Shown here: one piece after another, positions 26,544 through 39,693 of the stretch
Layout: each line of letters begins with the position of its first letter
Numbering within the stretch: position 1 is the stretch's first letter
DNA from: Podarcis pityusensis
Taxonomy: Eukaryota
Direction: 5' to 3' (one strand)
DNA: 64,000 nt
Assembly (NCBI GenBank): GCA_964106645.2
Contig: OZ067039.1
Position numbers and translations under genes: made by a program
Notes under the pieces: generated by a model
Databases searched by the model: none
What the model saw: only the letters and a program-made list of their open reading frames with translations
What the model was told of the DNA's origin: nothing

Positions 26544-28046
26544 TAATACATTGGTACTATTGGCATTTTTTAAAGTGTCCAGAACTTCAAAAGTATATTG
26601 ACACTTCCACTGCTGGAATTGTATATTGTTAACATTACTGAAGCACAGTTCACTTTTTGTGCCTGCCAGAGGCAGTTCAGAATGTAACATGAAAATAAAG
26701 CGTTGTCTCCAATGATGTCATTCGGCTAGCACAACAGAATTCCCCTACACTCCCAACTACCACGGATAATCAAAATTTTTTCCAGAGATATGATCAATAT
26801 GATCTATATGAACACAGCATTGGATACAACCTAAAATATTTTCAGCGAGTGCCATATTCACACCAAAGCAAAAGCAAAATAATTAAGGATTCTACAACAT
26901 TTGCGTAATTAGTTGCATTACTTTATATACCCTGTACCCGAAAACCTATCAGATTAAGATGATCAAATGAGATATTTTATTTTACATCATTTTACTAAAC
27001 TGTCCAAAAGACCCCCAAACGTTTGATGAAGCAGGAAAAGAAGCTTAGAGGCCAATTATGATGTGAGAATAATTATAAAAGGAAAGATGTGCCAGAAATG
27101 TATTAGAGCCAAGTCTGGAAGCTCTTGATTATCTATGGAAGCAGAGTTATAACACAACTCCCTACAGTGGAATGAATGATTTTCACAATACTGTCAGCTT
27201 CATGGTGTTGTCAGCATCAAGATGATGTTAAAATATTCTCTAGAAGCATTTCCTAAATTCAACCACTTTCATCCCCTTCTCTGTACCTAACTTCCTTCTG
27301 TCCTCAGTCACCATCCCCTGCCATTTTCACTATTCACTTCTAGTCCTTAATCTCCCCCAAACCACTCAGGCCTCCTGTTTCCATTTTCTTACTCCACCCT
27401 CCTCCTCAAAATTCGCCTTTCTTCCTCTCTCTAATCACTTTGTCAAATACTTCTCTCAGTTCCTCTCTTTCAAGCAGAAACAGACAAAGAAACACTGTGC
27501 CACCCTTGGAGTCAGCACACGTAAAATCTAAACAAAGTAGATGAGGCTACTAGTCAAATGATGAAACTTAATCATACAGATAGAGCTACATTGGAGCAGA
27601 GGCAAAGGGAGACCCCAGCTGCCAATGGGACAATCATCAACTTGCCTGTGGAAAGTGGCAAGAAGATAGTAACTGGATCCTCCTTCATTTTCATTTACTT
27701 AATGGTAACGCAGTCTACTGGAAAACTTTCATGTGAGGAAAGGATGGAGCCCTCAAAGTCACAGAAACTCACAGTCCGCTTGCTATGTTGGTTCGATAGC
27801 AACGAATTACAGTCCCAAATTCCATTGTGAAAGTAGATTCATACCATTAACACTGGTCAAAAATTATGCAAACCAAGTTCAGAGTTAGTGATGATTGACG
27901 ATCCGTAAACTGGCAAGAGAAAGAATTGTACAGCAAGCAAGAGACAGGAAGTCGCTCCTGTCTGTTATAGTAAGCACTGCAGCAGCAGAAGCACAGAAGC
28001 AGGCTCAACATGGGATTTGCCATACAATGTATGCGAATATTCTCAC

Positions 28047-28143
28047 CTCAAACTTCTGTCTCAGTTCTACATTCCCATCGTCATCTGCTTCTGGTATCGG
28101 AACATTGTAATACTCGCCTTCTTCCTGGTTAAGTAGTTTGTAC
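28047..28143 (-). CDS. PRKCA: PRKCA coding exon 8 (C2 end, hinge)
   Basis: 97 nt, AG/GTGAGA; (W)[32 protein letters not shown]; ends in phase 0. Confidence 0.97.
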
Positions 28144-28617
28144 CTGCATTCAGTGTATTAAAAGGAGAGACTGATTTTGCATCTTTTTCTTATTTCAGCT
28201 GGCCTTAAAAAAAGGTATTGGCCAACTACAGATCTCAGGTTTTTTTTCTTATGGACCAATGTAACTACTTTCAGGTTAAAGAGACTCTCTCCTTAGCAAG
28301 TGTGCTTAAGTTTGCAGTAATAGCCTGAGATAAGAAACTTAACACAACATGCAGTGAGTGTCTGACTGTTTCTGCCCTTCCAGGGAAACAGTGAGAGATG
28401 TTACATGATTGCTTTGATATTTTAAAAACCAACGATAAAGAATAGTTAGTTTCTGTGTGATTTTTGTCCTCAATATCTATTGACTGAGGTTTTCAACACT
28501 GCATTCTGTGAAGACACAGGTGATACGTTTAGGAAATATTTAAATATGTCAATAGGATTTATTACCCATAATTATAGCAATGCATTAGTAACATATTCAT
28601 AACAAAGAGCTTTTTAC

Positions 28618-28752
28618 CATCCACATGCAGGTGATTTCATGAGTTCCGACACTCCAAAAGAAAGAGAGCCCATGAAATCATTCCGAGTTGTCCGATCCCA
28701 ATCCCAGACTTCCACGGATAATCTTCTGTCTTTGTCTGTAGGCTTTAACTTA
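28618..28752 (-). CDS. PRKCA: PRKCA coding exon 7 (C2 domain)
   Basis: 135 nt, AG/GTAAAA; [44 protein letters not shown](W); WDWD...ND Ca2+ ligands intact. Confidence 0.98.
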
Positions 28753-28865
28753 CTACGAAAAGAATGAAGAGGAAAAAATAGGTGCCATTCTGTTAATTTA
28801 TTAAAACACACGATGACGTATGCAATCAGAAATATCACTAGGAAAAGTATCAAATTTCAACTTAC

Positions 28866-29022
28866 AATGTGAATGTCTCACCCCATTGTGGATTAAGTGT
28901 GGAACGGATGGTTTTTGTTTTTTGTTTACTTTCATTCTTAGGGTCTGGAATAAGTTTCAGCTTCACGTAAGGATCTGAAAGTCCATTTGGATCCATAGGA
29001 ATCAGATTTCTTGCATCTCGTA
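28866..29022 (-). CDS. PRKCA: PRKCA coding exon 6 (C2 domain)
   Basis: 157 nt, AG/GTAAGT; (V)[51 protein letters not shown](F); contains the Ca2+-ligand DPNGLSD motif and the lysine cluster. Confidence 0.98.
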
Positions 29023-30074
29023 CTGAAAATATATAGACGAACAATAAGGATTAGACAACGATTCAAAGGGAAAGAAAAGGTTTTCCTGCAACCCAAAAAC
29101 CCTTATGTAAGTGATATTGCCAGCACTGATAAGCTTTCTATAGGTTTGTGTGGGGTAATGGAAACCCCTGCAGAAGCCTATGAAAACTGATGCTAATCTG
29201 ATGAAAGTAAAAAAACAACACACCTCTTTGCCACCTCTATTCATTGGAATAGCCCAGTTCTTTTTACCCCCAGTACGAACACCCAAGAAGTGGACCGCCC
29301 CTCCTATCCTTGGTGACAGCAGCTAAAGTTATCTGTAACAAGATCTAAAGTAGTATCCTATATGATTCAAGTTGGACAGCACTGGATAGTTCCATCCGAT
29401 GTGTTGATAAATACAGATGAGGAGGATCCCTGATACAGTTCTTTGATGTCTCCCCAGTTTAGGAGCAAGGAGATTAGGGATCCCTTTGTACCAGAGGTAG
29501 GAAAAGAGCACCCATGACTTTTCCCGCAGCAGGAGGAAACAGGATTGGATTTCTAGCAATTATCAATGTGTTGGATAATGAAGTGTCAATACAGATACCC
29601 TTTTAAAAGATAAGGTCAAATCAGACATAGTTTTCAGTCCCACTGGGCCAAGAACAATTTAAATGCATGCGATTTGGAGCTAGATCTGGAGAAAAACAAC
29701 AGTAGAAGGGCAAGCAAAAGAACCGACTGCTTGGAATGCTAAATTCTGCATTAGGTATGCAGGTGTGGGTTGACTGGGGGAGATTATTTGATTATTAGTA
29801 AGGACAACAACAGTACCGTTGTGTCCTCAAACCCTCATGCATATTTTTTTAGGAAGTCAATAACACCTGCACTCAGTTTCTCATTCAGCACATCCTAGCC
29901 CACAAATATTAGTAGGATGTGCTTATTTTAAAAAAATCAATCCTCCACAGCAAAAAGAAAAGAAACTTAAGCGGATCTGATAAAGCAGGATCGTCGACAG
30001 TGTCTTATTGTGTAAATTGTCTAATGCACTTGTATTTTTCTCAACCACACAGAAACAGTTAGGGGAATGCCTGT

Positions 30075-30235
30075 TGCTCATCAATAGACCATCTGCTCTC
30101 AATGTAGAAGGCACTGGTTCAATCCCAGAATATCCAGGCAGCACTGAGAAAGTCTGAAACCCTAGAGAGCTGCTACCAGTCAGTGCAGGCAGTACTGAGT
30201 TGAATGGATCAATGGCCTGACTCAGTATAAGGGAG
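30075..30235 (+). mobile_element. tRNA-derived squamate SINE (Squam3-like), diverged
   Basis: GGTTCAATCCC B-box, CCCTAGAGAGCTGCTACCAGTCAGTG and CTGACTCAGTATAAGG 3' end; second copy at about 50475-50655; family name from memory. Confidence 0.55.
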
Positions 30236-30640
30236 TATGCTCCCTACGGATTAAAATTCCTTTTGAACAATGGTAATCACACAAACCCGCAGAGCCCATG
30301 TCGAAAAACAATGTTATTGTAAGTTGGGTTTTTTAAAATTATATAACAATTAACTGGCATGCCTGCTCACATTTTAGTTTATCTGTCTATACTCTATTGT
30401 GAGATGAGCAAAACCGTTTTAAAAACCATTCCTAGGCAATGTTGAGAGACTTTTCTGCGTTACAAGTTTTTAGCACAAGTTATATTGCACATATGATACA
30501 ATAGCCCCACTGCACTGTCTGCATCCTTGTGTGTTTTCTTTATTCAGCCCTGAAATTCCCATTCAGTTATGAAGAGGAAGCCTCACACTACTCTATCCAA
30601 CAATGATTTTTCTCTTAACTGACTTTGTGTTCCCTTGCAG

Positions 30641-30672
<32 letters not shown>

Positions 30673-30673
30673 C
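30641..30673. repeat. (AAC)n microsatellite
   Basis: Seen directly. Confidence 0.95.
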
Positions 30674-33219
30674 TGAACCTGGTGCTGATCTAATAGAGCA
30701 TGGGTGAGCAATCTGCAGCCCAACTATAGATGGAATAGTCTCTCTCAGGAAGTTGTGGACTCTCTATCCTTGGGAGGTTTTTAAGCAGAAGTTGGATGGC
30801 CATCTGTTATGGATGCTTTAGCTGAGATTCCTGCATCTCACGGGGCTGGACCTTGGGGTCCCTTCCAACTCTACAATTCTATGATTCTAACTACAACTCC
30901 CATCAGCCCCAGCTGGTGTGGCCACTGGCCAGGGATGATGTGAGTTGCAGTTCAGCAACATCTGGAGGGCCAAAGGTTGCCCACACCTCTTCCAGAATGA
31001 CCACCTCACTTCACTCCTTTTCACTGGAATGGAGGACCATGATGCAAGCACTAGATTCAGGCTAGTGCAAATAACACCTAGAGAAGTAAGTGTGGAGCAT
31101 TTCTGGATTCCATAACAACTCTGCTCAGAGCATGGCTGGGAGAATAATAGGAGGAATACTGTATCCTATTAATGAACTCTTGTTCATACTTACAGTATTC
31201 TGCTCTACCTGTGGCATTTAGCAACTTATTGCTAATGACATAATAAAAACCATGCCAGTATTTCTCATGCTAGGAATCACAGGTAGTTTGCTGCCACCCC
31301 CTCTGTGATTTTACTGCCCAAAGACAAGAGACAGAGATGTCAATAGATATATTTAGTGGCAATATACAATGATTTCTCCCATGCTGAACTGAAGACTGTA
31401 AGATGCCCATGTGGTCATTTGTGCGATGGGCAATAAAGGGAATGTGTCACGGAAAGTTCTGCTTTGGAAATATTAACTATCAATGTCTGGGTTTTGTATT
31501 GCTGACCTTAAACCCACCTGCTTTCAGCTTAGAACATTTGGTTCACATTCATTTGCAATAAACCAACAAACAGCAAATTTCACCAACATTTCCAATGAAG
31601 TCAAACATTTGGTGAAGTTTTAGAAGCAGCCAGAGGCATCATTATGTATTAAGAATGACTGCATCTAATAATTCTGGGCTCAAAACATGACCTACCTTTC
31701 AGAACTGCTGGGGTGGCTTTAAGATGAAACTGTATCCACAAGTTGCCCAAAAGAATTACCGGTAAGTTATTGTTTAAGTACATGTCTCCATACATATGGA
31801 AAGTAATATTATAATAATCACCTTATTCTTGTGATAATCTCTCTCTCATACACACACACACACACACACACACACAACCTAGCAGATAAAACACTTTTGT
31901 TTTCCACAGTCTTCATAGAAAAGAAGAAGAGATGGTGGACAATTCACAGTGAAACTGAAAGCAGGTATCAATTCTGCACTGAGAAGTGTAGAAAGCAGAA
32001 AGCCATGGTTAAATTCCATACCATTATGTTTTGTACTTTCTAGTCCTACCAGTTCACTGTCTGGCTTCATACAGACACATAAATGCATCTGCAGAAAACC
32101 AAATCCTTTATTTTTAATTTATATTTATTTAACAAAATTTATATACTGCTTGATTGCAAAAAAAAACCCCTCTAAAATGTCCACAAAAATATAAAACGAA
32201 ACATTAAAATTCTCATTAAATAACAGTTAAAAACAGGTATTAAAAACTTTCAAAAGATGTTTAAAATTAACAGTTGCTAAAAAGAGACAAAAGCTATTAA
32301 AGAATGGGGGGGGCTGCCCTTTCATTTGAGGAAGGGGACTGCAATCCAGTGTAGGCTCCCATGAGAGAAAGTAGGCAGGTGATTTTTGCCCATTTTCTCT
32401 CCCCGCTGCAGCCCCCTACTCTCTCACCCACACAGTCCTAGAGGGGCATCCAGTCCACCAGAAGAGATTTTCAATGAGTAAAAGGGCTACAGGAGGGAAA
32501 TAAATATCAGTGGAAGATGACTTCTCCACCACTTTTCCAGCAGGAACGTCCTGCAAGTGTAGGAACCCTGGATTCAAGCAACGCGATTTGTTTTTAAACT
32601 GTCTCCCAGCTTAATTTCTATTACCACAATAAAACAACAACTTGCAGACATTTGAGGCAGGTGATTTGGGTCACTGCTGAGGCTTTCACTTGATTTCTGA
32701 AGGTAGAAAGTATCTGAATAATTAACTTAGGTGTTGGATAAACCAGAGTATAATATTCTGTAAACTTTAATTGTGTGCAGAAACAGCTCCATGGAAAAAT
32801 CACAACTTGGAACATCTCTCCCCAACCAGCTTTTGAGAAAATGACCCATTTTCCTTTCTGAAAATAAAAGCATGACTGTGGTGGGAGTTACAGCGGCACA
32901 CTAGAGCTTTTGTCTAACAGAAACAATAAACAATGAAAAGCAAAGGGCCGAGAATCTCTAGCCATGTCACAAAAGCACACAGCAAAGGGTATATTTGTTC
33001 AATAAAAGGCCAGAAGAAACATTTCTTAAATTATTGTTCTACACTATGAAACCCAGCATTAAAAAATATAATGCCAAGTAAGGAAAGAAACATGTACAGG
33101 TTGCATCATTTTACTTGAAATGTTTTGTAAGCTTCAAAACGAAATCAAATGAACTGCTTGCTGCACCATTACATACTATATGCATTGCAGGGAGAGGAAA
33201 ACAGCTCAGTGTAGTAGTA

Positions 33220-33950
33220 TTGTTGTTGTTGTTTAGTCGTTTAGTCGTGTCCGACTCTTCGTGACCCCATGGACCAGAGCACGCCAGGCACTCCTGTCTT
33301 CCACTGCCTCCCACAGTGTGGTCAAACTCATGCTGGTAGCTTCGAGAACACTGTCCAACCATCTCGTCCTCTGTCATCCACTTCTCCTTGTGCCCTCCAT
33401 CTTTCCCAACATCAGGGTCTTTTCCAGGGAGTCTTCTCTTCTCATGAGGTGGCCAAAGTACTGGAGCCTCAGCTTCAAGATCTGTCCTTCCAGTGAGCAC
33501 TCAGGGCTGATTTCCCTAAGAATGGATAGGTTTGATCTTCTTGCAGTCTATGGGACTCTCAAGAGTCTCCTCCAGCACCATAATTCAAAAGCATCAATTC
33601 TTCGGCAATCAGCCTTCTTTATGGTCCAGCTCTCACTTCCATACATCACTACTGGGAAAACCATGGCTTTAACTATACGGACCTTTGTTGGCAAGGTGAT
33701 GTCTCTGCTTTTTAAGATGCTGTCTAGGTTTGTCATTGCTTTTCTCCCAAGAAGAAGGCATCTTTTAATTTCGTGACTGCTGTCACCATCTGCAGTGATC
33801 ATGGAGCCCAAGAAAGTAAAATCTCTCACTGCCTCCATTTATTCCCCTTCTATTTGCCAGGAGGTGATGGGCCCAGTGGCCATGATCTTGGTTATTTTGA
33901 TGCTGAGCTTCAGACCATATTTTGCACTCTCCTCTTTCACCCTCATTAAA
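33220..33950 (-). mobile_element. Bov-B (RTE clade) LINE, 5'-truncated
   Basis: ORF2 C-terminal peptide FTFLGSMITADGDSSHEIKRCLLLGRKAMTNLDSILKSRDITLPTKVRIVKAMVFPVVMYGSESWTIKKA; (CAA)n tail; TSD AGTGTAGTA(G/T)TA. Confidence 0.93.
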
Positions 33951-35334
33951 AGTGTAGTATTAGATACGGGGAAATCTATACTCCTTTCCAGAATCCAAAT
34001 GATCAATTAAATTTGCCCCAAAACAGCACTTAGCTTAAACTGAATAAAGATCCTGGGAAACAAATCCCTAATTAGAAAGCTAGGGTGGCACAATGACCTG
34101 ATTGCATGTAGTGCTACCATGGTTTACTCTAATTGGATTGGATTTAGTGCAAACCATGGCTTAGTCTAAACAGGTGCAGGTCTCCAGAGTGATCACAGCT
34201 GCCACTACATACTACCCAGTGGCTGAGCTACATAAGCCTCATGGGAGAGCATAACCCTCTCTAAACAACCCACAACGTGAAGCCAAGGTTTGTTACTGGC
34301 TTCCCAATAATGGTTTCTTTGGGAGAAACATGGTACCAGCACCGGTTCAGGTGTAATGCTAAGCCTGGCACTCCGGGGTTTGTTTCACTGCCAACTACAG
34401 AAGGTGTGAGGGTGAAACACATGTATATTACGGCTAAAACAAGCCATGCACCTTGACATCGTATTATGTGCAAATATTGCATTAGCACGTTGTGCGAATG
34501 AGTCTACTGAATGGCACAAAACAAAGGGAGAATGCTCAAAGGAGAATTGTTAGCAAAGTTCACATTAAACACAGGTTGCTAAAGAAAAAGGTCATTATTT
34601 TGCTCGCTTTTTTGTTTTCTGGCCTATTTGTATTTTTGTCTGCATAATTAGCACTCTGATTTTGCCTCCCCCCTCCATTGAACGAGTGCTTCTTTTTCAA
34701 AAGAGCAGGATGATGATGGTATTCGGAGAGAAATACTGTCTCTGTAGTCCACCTCTTTGATGGCAGCCTATTTTTAATGAGACAGGGTCAGGCATAGCTG
34801 AAAGGAGCAGCTCTTTACTCCCCAAATGAGAGGTTTGATGTTAACACAGACACACTAAATAAAAAAAAAATAGCCTTGGGAAGTAAATTAGAAGCCCTCC
34901 CTTTCTCCAGAAAGCTCCCCCTCCCCCATGCTTAGTCCACGTAGAACTGTTTCTCCGCCTTTTATGAAGCTTTTATAATATTGAAGAATATAAAGGCTTT
35001 TAAAACCTTGAAGAAAAAGAGTCACAAGAGTTCAATTTGCAAGGTATTGCTAAGTTCCTAAATAGAAACCCTACTTAGAGATACCAATAGCTTCTAGGGA
35101 GAATAAGGCAACCAAAAGTTACAGTTTCTTGTGAGAGCCCCACGGGGAGAAAACATCATGTGGGTACCGGTATATTCCAACTGCTTCTATATATGACTCA
35201 GTTTGCTGAAGACCTCTATTACTCTAATTTGCATAGGAAAATATTTCCAATTTTAAAGTTCCCATAAAACCCACTCCGCATACCCTCCAATATTTATCTG
35301 ATGAAAATAGGTACATCTTTTTCAATTATTATTA

Positions 35335-35576
35335 CAGTGGTACCTCAGGTTACATATGCTTCAGTTTACATACGCTTCAGATTACATACTCCGCTAACCC
35401 AGAAATAGTGCTTCAGGTTAAGAACTTTGCTTCAGGTTGAGAACAGAAATCGTACTCTGGCGGCACGGCAGCAGCAGGAGGCCCCATTAGCTAAACTGGT
35501 GCTTCAGGTTAAGAACAGTTTCAGGTTAAGTGCGGACCTCCAGAACGAATTAAGTACTTAACCCGAGGTACCACTG
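35335..35576 (-). mobile_element. Tc1/mariner MITE
   Basis: TIR CAGTGGTACCTCRGGTTA at both ends, TA flanks. Confidence 0.88.
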
Positions 35577-35776
35577 TATTGTTATTGTTATTAATACGAC
35601 ACCCATCTAACTGGCTTCCAACATATTTAAAAACACAATAAAACATTAAACTTTTTTAAAAAACCTTCCCTATAGAGGGCTGCATTCAGTTGTCTTCTGA
35701 AGGTTGCTAATCTCATTGGCTTGGGGGGTCGCAGAACTCCATACCCTCCAATATTTCTCCAGTGAAAATAGGGATG

Positions 35777-35854
35777 GCCAATAAAGCAAGATGAGCGCCG
35801 CAACCCCAGAGTCGGTCATGACTGGACCTAATGGTCAGGGGTCCCTTTACCTTT
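35777..35854 (+). mobile_element. Sauria SINE 3' fragment nested in a TIR element
   Basis: GCCAATAAAGCAAGATGAGCG...GGTCCCTTTACCTTT matches the 3' end of the other copies. Confidence 0.85.
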
Positions 35855-38066
35855 AAGGAAAAGCGAGGCATTCTGGGATCTAATCAGAACCGGGACAGCT
35901 TCTGTAAATCTGGGACTGTTCCTGGAAAATAGGGATATTTGGAGGGTCTGACATCACTAAGGGTAACAGAAAGAACCCAGCAGCTGTTTCAGGAGAATAC
36001 TTTCCCCCTAAAAATCCAGTGTCTTTTGACACAAATCCCTTCCCCTTTCATATTACTTTAAATCCGGGAGGTGGGGATTGCATTTTAAAATCTTTTAAAT
36101 GTTATCAGTTTTATTCTATGCTAACCTGCTTGTTAATTTAATGCTGCGTACCCCAATCTCTGGAATAAGGAGGGCAAGAGATTAAACCTCAGACAAAATA
36201 CAAATAATAAATACACTGAACCCGAAGAGTCATTAGTTCTCAATTATGACCGAGAGCTTCAACGTTACACTGAAATAATGTGGTGGGGTTTTTTAGGATT
36301 TGTGTTTTGTTTTAAACAACAATGGAGGCAGGGACTTGCTGACAGTAAAATCTACAACAGGGTATGTTTAATGATTTATTGCATATATTTGGTACTGCAA
36401 ATGCTTAGACCTCTCCCTTTCTCCTATTCTGTTGAGAATTTCACTCCCCTACGTGCCAAATGGAAATTAGTCTGTGCCTCAATCACATCTGCTTGATAGG
36501 TTGAGACTGAATCTAATCTCCAACGCAATAAATATTAGAGAGTGAATCTAATATCCAATGCAATCAATATTACAGATACCAGAAGCCAACCTTTCCCAAA
36601 TTATATTACTTTTGATGGCAATAATATGCTCTTAGAGAGTACGAAACACATTGCCCACATGAAACACACACACACATCAAATATTATTCTACTGAGTTGT
36701 CAAATGACACAATAAATGAAACATTAGACTTTTGCATTTTTATTTTTGCAGTGGAGCTGTTGGTCTAAGCACCAAAATAAATTATGAGGACTGTGTTTTC
36801 CTTATGGCATCAAATTTCATTCCCGTTATCATCTTCATTATGCCCCTCTGCATTATGAGGCTCTGTAACACACTACTATTCTCAGTTCAGCAAAACTATT
36901 TTAATATGCCTCATGAGGGCAATGACTCTTCATTACATTCACAGGTCTAACTTCTGAAAGGTAAGTCTATAATAATCACAGAGCATTAAAAATTCTCTAT
37001 TTGAGTGTGGGGACTGGGGAGAAGATAATGTTAACATATAACATAAAAAAAATGTGATGCTTTATTATATCTGACGTTATCTGTCACCTGTCTTTGTAGA
37101 TGTTACTGATTTAATAGTATAAGGTTATTTTAAAAAGTTTTATTTGATTATTAATACTTTATACTGCATTTGGTTTTTATACTGTATACCATTTTGAGAC
37201 TTATTTATTCTTTTGTCTTCAAGTTCTGTTTGGTATATTGCTTGATTTATTTGAATTGTATTTGACCTACGCATTGTATCATTGTTTTGAGATTTCTTCA
37301 CAGTGTACTTGATTGTTACATTGTTGTAAGATCTGAGTTTATGTTTGATCTCTATTTTATTTTATCTCTATTTTATACATGGTTCGGTTACTCTTTTGTA
37401 CATCATTAGATCTCTACTTTATTCAACGCTCTGAAACTCGGTTAAATTGTATTTGATTTCTATCTCCTGTTCATTGATTTGACAAGTCTTCTGAACGTAA
37501 AGTGACTTAGAAATCTTCTAAATTAATAAATATGTGTTAACAGTAGGGAGGGGAAAGTGCTTCAGTGAAGCTTTGGAATTGCAGTAACAAACTCGGGGTG
37601 GGTAGGTTGCTTCAGTCCAATCCTATCTAAAACTCGGATGTTCATTATCACACAGAAGTCACGGCTGAAGTCATTCCGCAGCATGTTCAATCAGCAAAAA
37701 TGAGTGCCTTTTTAAATATGAAAATTTCCTTCTTTCACAAGCTGCCTAAATAAAGAATGTGATGACTAGCCATTATTCTTGCTCCTGAGTTCAAATCCCA
37801 TTAATTCTTAGTTTTACAGAGTGCCAATCTCATTGGAAGTCAAAAGAGCTTTTGCAGAACTCTCCTTAAACTAAGGAAGAAAACACCTCCATATATATTC
37901 CATAGAGGAGGAAAGCGTGTACATGAAAATAGAACAGTGGCTTATACAATATGCCTTTGAAATGTTAGCACAGTGTAAACAGCTCGAGTCTAGTCTTTAA
38001 GAATCCCCTACACTCTAGTCACAGTGACCTCCAAGCACCCTCTAACACTGGAGTATAAATAATAAA

Positions 38067-38097
<31 letters not shown>

Positions 38098-38098
<1 letters not shown>

Positions 38099-38339
38099 AG
38101 TGGTACCTCAGGTTAAGTACTTAATTTGTTCCGGAGGTCCGTTCTTAACCTGAAACTGTTCTTAACCTGAAGCACCACTTTAGCTAATGGGGCCTTCTGC
38201 TGCTGCCGCGCCACCGGAGCACGATTTCTGTTCTCAACCTGAAGCAAAGTTCTTAACCCGAGGTACTATTTCTGGGTTAGCGGAGTCTGTAACCTGAAGT
38301 GTATGTAACCTGAAGTGTATGTAACCCGAAGTACCACTG
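38098..38339 (+). mobile_element. Tc1/mariner MITE inside an (ACT)n microsatellite
   Basis: TIRs and TA flanks; (ACT)n continues on both sides. Confidence 0.9.
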
Positions 38340-39308
38340 TACTACTACTACCAGAAGGATGCATGGATATACCTTCTTAGTCATTGCCCCACAACTGTGG
38401 AACTCCCACACCCTGGAAACTTAAACAAGGCCAAGGCCTTGAGCCTCTTCACCAAGTAAATACATACAACGTAAATGAAGCTTGCATCCTGCAAACAAGT
38501 TCTTGGCTCCTACTGGAAATATTATCTTCCCAAATCCAAGTCTGATTCCTCTGTGTGAAGAGGCAACAAAACTCCCACAGTCCAACTTTCTACCTCATAT
38601 GCAGATTGACTTGATCTATTATATGGGGAAAATACCCTCAAATTTTGAGGGCTAACAGAAAAAAATTCCCCTTTCAGACTGGTTTAGTAATCAGTATACC
38701 TTGTTCTCTATGAGTGATAAATTTCAGCTTTTTGGGTGACTTGGAAATCATATGACCCCTCTTTTGTTTTGCCTCCCCCCCTCCTAACAATAGGGCCATA
38801 GTTTCTAGGTCATCAGGAAATACTGTACATTTTTACTTGCTGTAAGTAAGTAGCTCCCATATACCTTGGCTTTTTCTGTATCTAAACAAGCTTGCAAGGA
38901 GAAGCTGTGGTACATTGTGAAGCCTTATCTCCCCAGGCCTATCATTCCTACTTAGATGAGAGTCCTCCATGAGTCTGAAGGTCTTAATCAAGAATTTGAC
39001 TTTTTCACAGCCACAATATGCTAGGTTGACATTTTCATTGAGTTCTCTATAATAAACCCAACATAACTCTTTTCCCTGGTCTGACAAGGTGGAGGGTAGC
39101 TACCACTAAGAGGACCCTATTCTGTTTGCCTGCTGACCAAATTATCTTTGCAGTTGGGCATCTAAGCAGGTTGATACAGATGTAGGTGGCCCCTTATGTG
39201 ACCCAGTCCAAAACTATTCATGACTTTCAAGGTAATCACCTGTGCTTTCAACTGGCCTCAGAAACCTACTGGTAACCAGTACAATATTTGCAATATACTC
39301 AAGCACTT

Positions 39309-39693
39309 GGGATGAGGGTGGCACTGTGGGTTAAAGGGACGCGGGTGGCACCGTGGGTTAAACCACAGAGCCTAGGACTTGCCTATCAGAAGGTCGGCAG
39401 TTCGAATCCCCGTGACGGGGTGAGCGCCCATTGCTCGGTCCCAGATCCTGCCAACCTAGCAGTTTGAAAGCACGTCAAAGTGAAAGTAGATAAATAAGTA
39501 CCGCTCTGGCAGGAAGGTAAACGGTGTTTCCGTGCGCTGCTCTGGTTCGCCAGAAGTGGCTTAGTCATGCTGGCCACATGACCCGGAAGCTGTACACTGG
39601 CTCCCTAAGCCAATAAAGCGAGATGAGAGCCGCAGCCCAGAGTCGGTCACGACTGGACCTAATGGTCAGGGGTCCCTTTACCTTTACCTTTTA
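39309..39693 (+). mobile_element. Sauria SINE with duplicated 5' head
   Basis: Two tandem heads followed by a full body; TSD CAAGC(A/G)CTTG at 39300-39309 and 39694-39703. Confidence 0.9.

Noticed and set aside
33261-33776. 171-aa plus-strand ORF
   Set aside because: Antisense frame of the Bov-B fragment
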